The position numbers were made by a program, and so were the translations under genes. 64,000 bases of DNA from an uncultured virus (IMG/VR IMGVR_UViG_3300031951_000103). Lineage: Duplodnaviria > Heunggongvirae > Uroviricota > Caudoviricetes. The notes under the pieces were generated by a model. That model was not told the origin of the DNA, did not search any database, and was given only the letters and a program-made list of their open reading frames with translations. Position 1 is the stretch's first letter. Each line of letters opens with the position of its first letter. The DNA is taken from the IMG/VR virus record IMGVR_UViG_3300031951_000103; one strand, 5' to 3'. Positions 35,473-45,103 of the stretch are shown in pieces.

Positions 35473-37815
35473 ATGGATATAGAATATAATAGTATTAATA
35501 ATCTTTGTTTTTCTGATTCTAATGGCATCATAGATATAACTGTTATTAATTTAACAGAACCAGAGTCTTTATTATTTGGATCATATACAATAGAGTGGTT
35601 TGGAGATTTAACTAATACCATACTATCACAGAATAAAAGAACATTAAGTAATTTAAAAAATGGTACATATAGTTTTAGATTAGTAAACCCAGATAATCCT
35701 AATGTTACTAGTAATTTAACTACAATTAATATTACATCGCCAAATCAATTATTTATAAAGAATATTTATTCGTCGCAATTTAGCTGTGGGAATAATGGGT
35801 TTATTCAAATATTTATTTCTGGAGGACAATCTCCGTATACATATAGCTTAAATGGAGTATCTAATACTATTTCAGCTAATAATTATACATTTGAAAACTT
35901 AAACCCAGGAATATATAACCTAAGTATTATAGACGCCAATGGTTGTTCTGTTAGCGCTAGTAATATTGAACTATTAGAGAGCATAGTAGAATTAAATATA
36001 GATCAAATAATTTCCCCAAAACAATTAAATGATATGGGAGGAATATCTTTTAGTATTACTGGTAGCGGTCCATTTGGTATGTCCTTTGAATCTCTCAATA
36101 GCCAAGACATAATTAATATAGATAAATTTGATACTACATATTTAAAATCTATTAATAATAGTACATATAATTATATAATTAATAATTTATATCCAGGAGA
36201 TTATAATTTAACCATAATTGATAAAAATAATTGTGTTAATAATTTTGAAATTAATATACCAAACATAGATCCTATAATAGTAAATATTAATGTTTCTACG
36301 GATACTACTCAAAATATACTCACTATTAATAATACTATACCAATATTTGATACTTTATTAATTCCATATAAATTTATAGTTAATGATACTAAAGAATGGC
36401 AAGCCATTAAAGAATATAATCTTAAAAACTATTTATCAATTTCTATTGATGGACAAATATATCAATTTCTTATTGCTAGAACAATGTTAAATAAATATTG
36501 TTTAGACAATAATAAAATAGAGGTTCTTAGATTAGGCAATACTGATAAAGACTGGTTTTTTTATCTACAGTTGGCTCCATCAATTAACTTGAATGATAAT
36601 CCTGAATTTATGAACTCTAAAATAGAACTTAAAACATCAGATTCTACTATTCCAATAACTTTAGGATTAAATGATCATCAACAATTAGATAATAATAATT
36701 TAAGTTTAATTAGAGGTAGTTTTATAGTATCAGGATTAGTAGATTCACAATTTAAAAATGGAGAAAAATGCTATATATCAACCAGTGATCAAATCTCTGA
36801 TATCAATCAATATAATTTTATGGTTAAAGACATTAAAATAGCTACACATAGAAATCTATACTCTGTTGGTCTTGTTACAATCATTAATTTCTTAGAGAAC
36901 TTCAAAACTTTAATATCAACAGTGAGCTTGCATCAAAATTTTTGCGATTTAAATATTTTAGATTATCAATACCTACTGAATATAAAAAATTTATTAATTA
37001 CATTAAATAATTTTAATAATAATAACAATATTTTTATATATAATATTAATGAACAGGGTAATGGTTCTATTGTATCTTCAATACGTAATCAAAATGAATT
37101 TTATTTTTTTAATGAGACAATACAAAATGAAGTTTATATCAACTACTCTTATTTTAAAGAGGATTCTGAAAAATTATCCAATTTATTTTTAAATAATAAA
37201 TTAGTTGAAAATATTTTATCTGTATCTAATATAAGAACAGGTTTTTATATAATTAAAATTAAAGATAAATTTAACAATAAACCATCTATAATAATTAATA
37301 ATAATAAAATTATAGAATATAGTATTCATAATACTGAAGCAAAACAATTTATACAAATATATAATCCTAAAATTATTTCCTTATTTGAAGATGGAGATAT
37401 TTTGGTATATGTTCCTCAAACTAATAGTGATCCTATTTTGAATAAATTGAATAACATACCAACTATAGCAAAAATTAGTATTAATAATTCTATTACGTTT
37501 ATACCACAAAGACAAACTAAAATTATTTCCCAAACTAATGACCCTAATAATAAATCCTCTTTAAATATTAAAATTAGTCCTAATTTAACGAAATGTATAA
37601 TTAATGGCCCAAATAATTATCTTTTAGAAATCGACACAGATACTAAATTAATCAATATGATTCCAGGTGTATATACTATAGTAGGAAACGAAGAAGATTT
37701 ACTAGCTAAAAATCTAGAACAAAACTATAATAGGATATTAGTGGATAAAAATAGCGAAACTAATGTTATTATTAAGTTTGAATCTTATAAAGATAAAATA
37801 TTAATTAAGGAATAA
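35473..37815 (+). CDS. SprB-repeat/Ig-like domain virion protein
   Basis: C..NG.I.I.ISGGQSPYTYSLNG...FENLNPGIYNLSIIDANGC and two weaker copies match the SprB repeat pattern. Confidence 0.7.
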   Translation: MDIEYNSINNLCFSDSNGIIDITVINLTEPESLLFGSYTIEWFGDLTNTILSQNKRTLSNLKNGTYSFRLVNPDNPNVTSNLTTINITSPNQLFIKNIYSSQFSCGNNGFIQIFISGGQSPYTYSLNGVSNTISANNYTFENLNPGIYNLSIIDANGCSVSASNIELLESIVELNIDQIISPKQLNDMGGISFSITGSGPFGMSFESLNSQDIINIDKFDTTYLKSINNSTYNYIINNLYPGDYNLTIIDKNNCVNNFEINIPNIDPIIVNINVSTDTTQNILTINNTIPIFDTLLIPYKFIVNDTKEWQAIKEYNLKNYLSISIDGQIYQFLIARTMLNKYCLDNNKIEVLRLGNTDKDWFFYLQLAPSINLNDNPEFMNSKIELKTSDSTIPITLGLNDHQQLDNNNLSLIRGSFIVSGLVDSQFKNGEKCYISTSDQISDINQYNFMVKDIKIATHRNLYSVGLVTIINFLENFKTLISTVSLHQNFCDLNILDYQYLLNIKNLLITLNNFNNNNNIFIYNINEQGNGSIVSSIRNQNEFYFFNETIQNEVYINYSYFKEDSEKLSNLFLNNKLVENILSVSNIRTGFYIIKIKDKFNNKPSIIINNNKIIEYSIHNTEAKQFIQIYNPKIISLFEDGDILVYVPQTNSDPILNKLNNIPTIAKISINNSITFIPQRQTKIISQTNDPNNKSSLNIKISPNLTKCIINGPNNYLLEIDTDTKLINMIPGVYTIVGNEEDLLAKNLEQNYNRILVDKNSETNVIIKFESYKDKILIKE

Positions 37816-37816
37816 A

Positions 37817-40800
37817 ATGCCAACAAATTGCAGAACAGCATACGCAACTTTTAGTTTTAATTATGTGTACGGTGGGCAAGTATACACAGGTTCTGTAACA
37901 CTAAATGATTTTAATGTTAATTATGGAGTTGGTTCGAATAATTCCTCATTAGATATTTCTGTATTATATGGAGGATGTAATAATATTAGTGATATTCCGA
38001 CTACGGTGGCTAGCGTTGGAAGATTAGCCACATTTAATTGTAATAATTTTAGTTTTACTGGAATAGTTCACGAATCATCTTATAACGAGAGCGAAGGCGG
38101 ATTTATATTTAAATGCAAATTAATTGATGCAAATAAAATATTAGAAAATGTTACAATTTTATTAAAAGACTACTATTGTCCATTAGAAGCTCCTAATTTT
38201 ATTAATGTTGCAAATCTTATAGAGGGAGCATCAGCAATATGTCCCCCTGGTATGGATTCTCAGAACTGGCCTAGAACCGGGAATTGTGGTGTTTTTGGTA
38301 CTTCTGGTGTTGGAACAACAAGCCCAAATAATGGAGTATCATTACGTAAAATTTTTCAAGTTCTAAATGGTAGAACTATTTATACTACAGCTGGAGAACA
38401 AATAAGTTTAGATTTATCAGCACTAGTATCCGCCTTAGCGTCTGTTGAATATGCTTCTGTTAATAGTACAGATATGTCATTGATGCAACTAATAACAACA
38501 GCATGTGATTCTTTAGCTGCTGATTGTTATGTGCAATTAAATGGACCAATAGTTAGCGTACTGTTAATCCCCAGATCTTCACAACCTGTTTTTGGAATCA
38601 TACAAGGATTAATCGAAGAGGCTAGATCTACAGGAAGTTTAATCAGAAATGAGATAGGAGCACAAGAAATTTATGCAGAAAGCAATAAGGTAATTATTGG
38701 AGATAAGGTATCTTACCTGTCTGAGAAACTATTTAGGGGCGCATCAATGATGTTTGGTTATGATACTAATAATGAAATTATTAGAGCTGAACCAAAACGT
38801 AATTTTAAAGTAAAAATAAATACTACCCCATTAAAAGCAGCTATTGGATTTCCTCATGATATGTATGAGATTACAGAAGAAGAAATTATTTGCGCTGGAT
38901 CTCAACACTTATGGACAACTTGGGGTTGTAAACCAGGTAATGAAAAAAGTTTATCGCGAGCAGTATCAAAATTTTTAGGATTATATACGGATGGTAGTCG
39001 TGAATTGAAAGCTATTGTAGACGCATGGATTTTCTGCAATACAAAATTACCAACTGAAGAAGGATGGAAACAACAAGCAGATAATTTAATGGTTAATGTT
39101 GCTGGTGGTACTATGGATGAAAAAATTATTAAGCTAAGAATGGCTTATGATTGGTTTAGAAGAGAAATTATTGACCAGTATTATGGTAAAACATGGTTAA
39201 TACCAATGGGAGCAAGTAAAACATGTGCTTTTCCAACAGTGAGAACCAAAACTGTAAGAGGAGACACTGGCGAATTTCATTTAGCTGATGTTACATCTGA
39301 TTCTGGATATCCTAGTCCATCACAAATTAATAATATTAGAGGATTAATTCCATGGGTAGATACTAATTTATATGAAGCTTCTGATAATAAAATTAATGGA
39401 TTTGCAGATTCAAAAGAAAATAAAAAAGACACAATTAATATCACAGGAAAAGATATTCCATTGGTTTTTAGCCCAGATGCATTAGCGGCAGAATCTTCAA
39501 CATATTATGCTAAAAATCAAAGAATATATATAGGAATAAAAGCAGATACTGCTTATTATCAAAATCCAAAAACAAGAGGAGGAGAAATATTAATTACACT
39601 AGACTCTAAACTACCAATGATTCCTGATATTAATAATGGAGAATTATTAAATCATGGATTAGCAACAATGGCTATATTATTTGGTGCTGCTGCTTATAAT
39701 GCATTATCACCAAAAGGCAAAGATGGTTTTGCTGATTTAAGCACTATTAATATTAAAAATATAAATTTACCAACAGTATTATTTGATGATACAGATGGTT
39801 GTGTTATACCTTTTACTAGTAATATGTATGTTTATGGACCATGGACAGCAAGTAAAGGTACTATAGGCTCTACTAAAGTTGATATTATTAGCGATCTAAA
39901 TCCATGGAACTATGGTGGTTGGGATGCTATGTCTAATATTGGTACTCAATTAGCAAATATTGGACTTAGAGCAAGCAATGCTCAAGAGTCTGGTTCTTTT
40001 ACTTTAGCAGAACCGCCTGGCTATAATATAGATTATTTTATTAATTTTGGATTATTATTAGACTCTATTAATGTAAATTATAATTCTAATGGTGTTACAA
40101 CAGACTATTCATTCAAGACCTTTAGTGCTAAATTTGGACAATATGCGCAAGCATTATCAGAAAGAGTTAAACAAATTGTTCAAATTAGATCTAAATTAAT
40201 AGAAAACATTAGATCACAAAGAAGAAAAACATTAACATTAATTTATAATGTTAGAAGAGAGATTGCTGTTCGTAAACTAGGTAAATTTTTACCAGGAAAT
40301 ATGGGACAAAACAACACTCCTCCGCCTCCAGAACATCCAAGTCCTGGATTCTTATTAATAGGAGGATATACGGTTATTCCTTCTAAAATTTCTACAGGCG
40401 CAACAACAACATCACAATGTATCAATCCTAAGAAACAAAATCCAGAAAGAACCAAGGTTTGTAATCCATATAGCCCACCATTATCTGAGTCATCAGAAAA
40501 ATATAATAATACTATTATGTCATATCAAGTTGGATTAGAACCAAAATACGCAATATCTCATGGTGCTAAAGATGATAGGTGGTGGCTTACAGCAGTTATG
40601 TCATTAGATGGATTAATAAGTCCAGTATCCACTAAAGGTAGACACGATAAACTATCTAGATATTCTGTATCTTGGACTGGACTGACACTATCCAAACCCA
40701 GACCATCTATGCCACCAATTATGTTAACAGTAGGCACAACAGACGTAAATTCTAATCTACCAATAAATCAAACATATTTAAATCCAATTTTAACTAAAAA

Positions 40801-43792
40801 ATTATTAACACAATGGGATGATAGAAAAGGCAGCACATCAAAGGGATGTAATATACAATATTTATCCTTTGGAGATAGTGTTGGGAGCATGTCGTTATAT
40901 GATGAAAGAGAAAATCATGATGATTTAGGGTTTCAAGCTCTGAGGGGGCCTTTGGTGTTACAGGCTTGGGGGTATGATACACTGAATAAACCTATTCCAA
41001 ATGCTGTGGACGATCCAATAGACGCATCTTTGGGCAAATTTCAAAATTGTCAGACTAAAGATAAGTTTATGAGCAATTGGTTGCAAAACCCAATGACTTG
41101 GCCTGTTGGACCAATAGATTTACGTTTTGATAGAGATAGAGGCGTATGGGTCAGTCCTCCACAAGATAGAATTGTTATGGCTAGATTAATACAAGATCTT
41201 CCTGCTATGGGAAAAGCCAAAGCTATATTAATTAATCCAGAAGGAGATGGAATTACTTTTTATGGAGACTATAAATTTTATGGACCAAAAGGAGAAGACT
41301 TACCAGAAGATGTTACTGCGGCTAAAATTACAGTTTATGATTTTTTAAATGAGCCTTTATATATAGATGCAACTGTATATGCATACTATGATGATAATAA
41401 ATATATAATACTAAATCATGATAATCACCAACCCAAAAGTAAATATTTTAAACTTACAGGAACATTAGATCCTTGTGGAACAACATATGCTGATGAAGTT
41501 AAGCTGAAACAAATTGAATGCCCGGATTTTTTTGAGCCATGCAAAAGATTGACTAACGAAAACGTTTATGATATAGCAAATATTGTGAGAATTCATAACT
41601 TAGCAACTAAAAAAGATATAGATACTGCCGCTTTATCCGGAGAATACGTAGAAGCTGTATTAGATAGATATTATCCTAATAAAGATAATGATAGGGGTTT
41701 GCCATATTGGAAAATTTTAAGATTTATAGATTGTGAATGTGATAGTTCTAGCAGTAGTTCTAGTAGTAGCAGTAGTAGCTCTAGTAGTAGTTCTAGTAGT
41801 AGCAGTAGTTCTTCTAGTAGTAGTTCTAGTAGTAGCAGTAGTTCTTCTAGTAGTAGTTCTAGTAGTAGCAGTAGTAGCTCTAGTAGTAGTTCTAGTAGTA
41901 GCAGTAGTAGCTCTAGTAGTAGTTCTAGTAGTAGCAGTAGTAGCTCTAGTAGTAGTTCTAGTAGTAGCAGTAGTTCTTCTAGTAGTAGTTCTAGTAGTAG
42001 CAGTAGTTCTTCTAGTAGTAGTTCTAGTAGTAGCAGTAGTTCTTCTAGTAGTAGTTCTAGTAGTAGCAATAGTACTAGCAGTAGTAGCACTAGCACTAGT
42101 ACTAGCAGTAGTAGCTCTAGTAGTAGTTCTAGCACTAGCAGTAGTAGCTCTAGTAGTAGTTCTAGTAGTAGCTCTAGTAGTAGTTCTAGTAGTAGCAATA
42201 GTACTAGCAGTAGTAGCACTAGCACTAGTACTAGCAGTAGTAGCTCTAGTAGTAGTTCTAGCACTAGCAGTAGTAGTTCTAGTAGTAGCAATAGTACTAG
42301 CAGTAGTAGCACTAGTACTAGCAGTAGTAGCTCTAGTAGTAGTTCTAGCACTAGCAGTAGTAGCACTAGTACTAGCAGTAGTAGCACTAGCACTAGCAGT
42401 AGTAGCACTAGTACTAGCAGTAGTAGCACTAGCACTAGCAGTAGTAGCACTAGTACTAGCAGTAGTAGCACTAGTACTAGCAGTAGTAGCTCTAGTAGTA
42501 GTTCTAGTAGTAGTAGTAGCTCGTCTAGTACTGAAGAACAAGAAGTCTATACTATACAAGTTTTAACTAATGTAGAATTAACTGGTAATGGACTACAATT
42601 TGAAGCTACCAAAATACAAGTACTAGATCCTCCAGATTACTATGTAGCAGCAGTAATTCCAACAACCGACTGTGAAATAGCAAGCTCTAGTTATAGTAGC
42701 ATTAGTAGTAGTAGTAATAGTAGTAATAGTAGTAGCTCATCTAGCAGTACTAGTAGTGAAGAAATTATTGGCTATAGATATACTAATAGCGCTGGAGATG
42801 GTAATTGGTGCAATATTTCAAACTGGGTTGATGAAAATGGAACCCCAGCAACTAAATTACCAGGACCTAGTGATGATGTTATTGTAGAAGGAGACGTTAC
42901 TAATTCTAGTGGATGCACGGCACATGCTGATACTTTGACAATAAACGGGTCTTCGTTTAATGGAGTAACTATTTTTGTTAATGCTCTTTTAGCAAATAAT
43001 AGTATTATTGGCGCAGCAGCAGTTATTACAATTAATGGAGGAGGAGAGTCTGTTCTAAACAATACAAATAATTATGGAATAATAATCATTATTCCTCCTG
43101 GATATATCATACTATTGAATGGTTCAATTAATTTTGGAACTATCGACGGTAATATATCTAATAGTAGCAGTAGCGACTCTACAGATAGTTCAAACAACAC
43201 CAGTTCCAGTAGCACTACCAGTAATTCAAGTAGTAGTAGTACTAGTAGCAGTAGTAGCTCTAGTAGCAGTAGTAGTTCTTCTAGTAGTAGCTCTAGTAGT
43301 AGCTCTAGCACTAGCAGTAGTAGCTCTAGTAGTAGCTCTAGTACTAGCAGTAGTAGCTCTAGTAGTAGCTCTAGTACTAGCAGTAGTAGCTCTAGTAGTA
43401 GCTCTAGTACTAGCAGTAGTAGCTCTAGTAGTAGCTCTAGCAGCACCAGCAGCACTAGTAGTAGCTCTAGCAGCACCAGTAGTACTAGTAGTACTAGTAG
43501 TACTAGCAATAGTAGTAGTAGTGAAGAAGATATTGTTTTATTGGCAACTTGGCGAACAATATCTGGAACAGAGCTCTGTTATAGACAATTAGTGTTTCTT
43601 GGTCCTTCAGAAGCTTTGCAAGCTATATTTGGTAGTCCTTTTTCAAGAGATGGTGGACCTTTACAAGAATGTCCTCCAGAAGGCGCTTTTGCATATCCTA
43701 GTCTATATCGTCCATTAGCTTATTATCCTTTTTATGAGTTAGATTACGACAACCACCCTAATTGGCTTGAAGCTCCAGGAAATCCAGAATAA
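37817..43792 (+). CDS. large tail-tip/baseplate hub protein with serine-rich repeat tracts (1,991 aa)
   Basis: Hub-like N-terminus; three Ser/Thr tracts; W....NW.....P...DDV beta-helix motif. Confidence 0.7.
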   Translation: MPTNCRTAYATFSFNYVYGGQVYTGSVTLNDFNVNYGVGSNNSSLDISVLYGGCNNISDIPTTVASVGRLATFNCNNFSFTGIVHESSYNESEGGFIFKCKLIDANKILENVTILLKDYYCPLEAPNFINVANLIEGASAICPPGMDSQNWPRTGNCGVFGTSGVGTTSPNNGVSLRKIFQVLNGRTIYTTAGEQISLDLSALVSALASVEYASVNSTDMSLMQLITTACDSLAADCYVQLNGPIVSVLLIPRSSQPVFGIIQGLIEEARSTGSLIRNEIGAQEIYAESNKVIIGDKVSYLSEKLFRGASMMFGYDTNNEIIRAEPKRNFKVKINTTPLKAAIGFPHDMYEITEEEIICAGSQHLWTTWGCKPGNEKSLSRAVSKFLGLYTDGSRELKAIVDAWIFCNTKLPTEEGWKQQADNLMVNVAGGTMDEKIIKLRMAYDWFRREIIDQYYGKTWLIPMGASKTCAFPTVRTKTVRGDTGEFHLADVTSDSGYPSPSQINNIRGLIPWVDTNLYEASDNKINGFADSKENKKDTINITGKDIPLVFSPDALAAESSTYYAKNQRIYIGIKADTAYYQNPKTRGGEILITLDSKLPMIPDINNGELLNHGLATMAILFGAAAYNALSPKGKDGFADLSTINIKNINLPTVLFDDTDGCVIPFTSNMYVYGPWTASKGTIGSTKVDIISDLNPWNYGGWDAMSNIGTQLANIGLRASNAQESGSFTLAEPPGYNIDYFINFGLLLDSINVNYNSNGVTTDYSFKTFSAKFGQYAQALSERVKQIVQIRSKLIENIRSQRRKTLTLIYNVRREIAVRKLGKFLPGNMGQNNTPPPPEHPSPGFLLIGGYTVIPSKISTGATTTSQCINPKKQNPERTKVCNPYSPPLSESSEKYNNTIMSYQVGLEPKYAISHGAKDDRWWLTAVMSLDGLISPVSTKGRHDKLSRYSVSWTGLTLSKPRPSMPPIMLTVGTTDVNSNLPINQTYLNPILTKKLLTQWDDRKGSTSKGCNIQYLSFGDSVGSMSLYDERENHDDLGFQALRGPLVLQAWGYDTLNKPIPNAVDDPIDASLGKFQNCQTKDKFMSNWLQNPMTWPVGPIDLRFDRDRGVWVSPPQDRIVMARLIQDLPAMGKAKAILINPEGDGITFYGDYKFYGPKGEDLPEDVTAAKITVYDFLNEPLYIDATVYAYYDDNKYIILNHDNHQPKSKYFKLTGTLDPCGTTYADEVKLKQIECPDFFEPCKRLTNENVYDIANIVRIHNLATKKDIDTAALSGEYVEAVLDRYYPNKDNDRGLPYWKILRFIDCECDSSSSSSSSSSSSSSSSSSSSSSSSSSSSSSSSSSSSSSSSSSSSSSSSSSSSSSSSSSSSSSSSSSSSSSSSSSSSSSSSSSSSSSSSSSSSSSSSSSSSSSSSSSSSNSTSSSSTSTSTSSSSSSSSSSTSSSSSSSSSSSSSSSSSSSSNSTSSSSTSTSTSSSSSSSSSSTSSSSSSSSNSTSSSSTSTSSSSSSSSSSTSSSSTSTSSSSTSTSSSSTSTSSSSTSTSSSSTSTSSSSTSTSSSSSSSSSSSSSSSSSTEEQEVYTIQVLTNVELTGNGLQFEATKIQVLDPPDYYVAAVIPTTDCEIASSSYSSISSSSNSSNSSSSSSSTSSEEIIGYRYTNSAGDGNWCNISNWVDENGTPATKLPGPSDDVIVEGDVTNSSGCTAHADTLTINGSSFNGVTIFVNALLANNSIIGAAAVITINGGGESVLNNTNNYGIIIIIPPGYIILLNGSINFGTIDGNISNSSSSDSTDSSNNTSSSSTTSNSSSSSTSSSSSSSSSSSSSSSSSSSSSSTSSSSSSSSSSTSSSSSSSSSSTSSSSSSSSSSTSSSSSSSSSSSTSSTSSSSSSTSSTSSTSSTSNSSSSEEDIVLLATWRTISGTELCYRQLVFLGPSEALQAIFGSPFSRDGGPLQECPPEGAFAYPSLYRPLAYYPFYELDYDNHPNWLEAPGNPE
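41744..42532 (+). repeat. poly-Ser/Thr coding repeat (263 codons; first 108 all Ser; 33-nt unit)
   Basis: Unit TCT AGT AGT AGT TCT AGT AGT AGC AGT AGT (AGC/TCT), followed by ACT-containing variants. Confidence 0.95.
43157..43522 (+). repeat. second long Ser/Thr coding repeat (about 122 codons)
   Basis: AGT/AGC/TCT/ACT repeats. Confidence 0.95.
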
Positions 43793-43804
43793 AATATTTT
43801 TATA

Positions 43805-45103
43805 ATGATAAATATAAAACTTAATCGTAAATATACGCAAAATGATATTTGGGGAAAATATTTAATATATCATTTAAGTAATCATCCTGACATCAAAACA
43901 GAAATATTAAAAAATCCATTACCTATTTTAATAGGAGGTAGGCGTGGAATTAATAATTTAACACCATTTATATATAATGATGTAGTTTTTATTGTTGATG
44001 ATTGGGATCATGCTAGTCCTACATGCTATTTACTAAATAATCCAAATATTCCTAAATTTTATTTAAATAATAATGTATGTATATTAAAAATACAATATTG
44101 TCATAGTGAAATTAATAATTATGATAAAATCTATAAACAATGCAATATTAAAATATTACCATTCACTATGTTTTCTGAACACTCTTTTAAATTAGCAAAT
44201 TTTAAATATAATATTAACTATAATCATAAATATAATTATATTATTACAGGTAGACCATGGAGACATAGGCTTTCCTGGATAAGAAATGCTCAACAACTAG
44301 AATATGGATCAAATAATCTAAATACAAAATATAATTTTGATAATGATTCAATATCCCCAGATATAAGATTTTATGAAATGTTGAAAGAATCCCGTTGGGG
44401 ATTAATATTAAAAGGAAAAGGATGTGGAGGAAAAAATAGAAGAGAGGTTGAGTTTAGCTCATTAGGAATGCCACTAGCCCTTAATTATATTCCAAATTAT
44501 CCTTTTCACTTTGTCCCGAATAAAGATTTTTTACTTTTAGAATCTCCAGAAGATTTAATAAAATTAAAGGACATTGATCCAGAACCTTTTGCAAAAAGAT
44601 CAGAGTACATCTATTATGAGTATTTTTCTCCAGAATTTGGTATATACAATAGTTTTAAAAAAGCATATGAAGAATTCAAATATTATTCTATGCTAGACAA
44701 CACATTATCATCAGCAATAGACTATACTTCTATTGAAGAAGACTATAATATTATTGAAATAATTCCACATATAGGATATAATCTAGGATTATTAAATAAT
44801 GGAGACTATATTAGTCTTCAATACAAGAAGGGATCTTGGAAATCTTGGGGACGCAAAAAACGCAAACAGGTAAATCCTGACAACACCAATGGCAGAGGAG
44901 GCAACAGAGCAAGACTAGGAATTTTTTGTATTAATAATAATAGTAAAACCCTTATACAGATTATACCAGAATATACACATAAAAATCCATTTATTTTTAA
45001 TGTTCCAGAAAATAATATGAATCTATATATAGATATATGTGATCAAGAACATCTAGCTGAAGGCTCGGTGTCGTACTTTATTAAAGTTAATAAAAAAAGT
45101 TAG
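43805..45103 (+). CDS. GT-B glycosyltransferase (exostosin/CgeB-like) with C-terminal beta-sandwich domain
   Basis: FYEMLKESRWGLILKG.G...RREVE...LGMP nucleotide-sugar-binding motif. Confidence 0.65.
   Translation: MINIKLNRKYTQNDIWGKYLIYHLSNHPDIKTEILKNPLPILIGGRRGINNLTPFIYNDVVFIVDDWDHASPTCYLLNNPNIPKFYLNNNVCILKIQYCHSEINNYDKIYKQCNIKILPFTMFSEHSFKLANFKYNINYNHKYNYIITGRPWRHRLSWIRNAQQLEYGSNNLNTKYNFDNDSISPDIRFYEMLKESRWGLILKGKGCGGKNRREVEFSSLGMPLALNYIPNYPFHFVPNKDFLLLESPEDLIKLKDIDPEPFAKRSEYIYYEYFSPEFGIYNSFKKAYEEFKYYSMLDNTLSSAIDYTSIEEDYNIIEIIPHIGYNLGLLNNGDYISLQYKKGSWKSWGRKKRKQVNPDNTNGRGGNRARLGIFCINNNSKTLIQIIPEYTHKNPFIFNVPENNMNLYIDICDQEHLAEGSVSYFIKVNKKS

Noticed and set aside
41744..42532. possible CRISPR array
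   Set aside because: No unique spacers; an in-frame coding minisatellite
41671..43592. Leu/Val-rich and Thr/Arg-rich ORFs in alternative frames
   Set aside because: Frame and strand shadows of the AGT/AGC/TCT serine repeats
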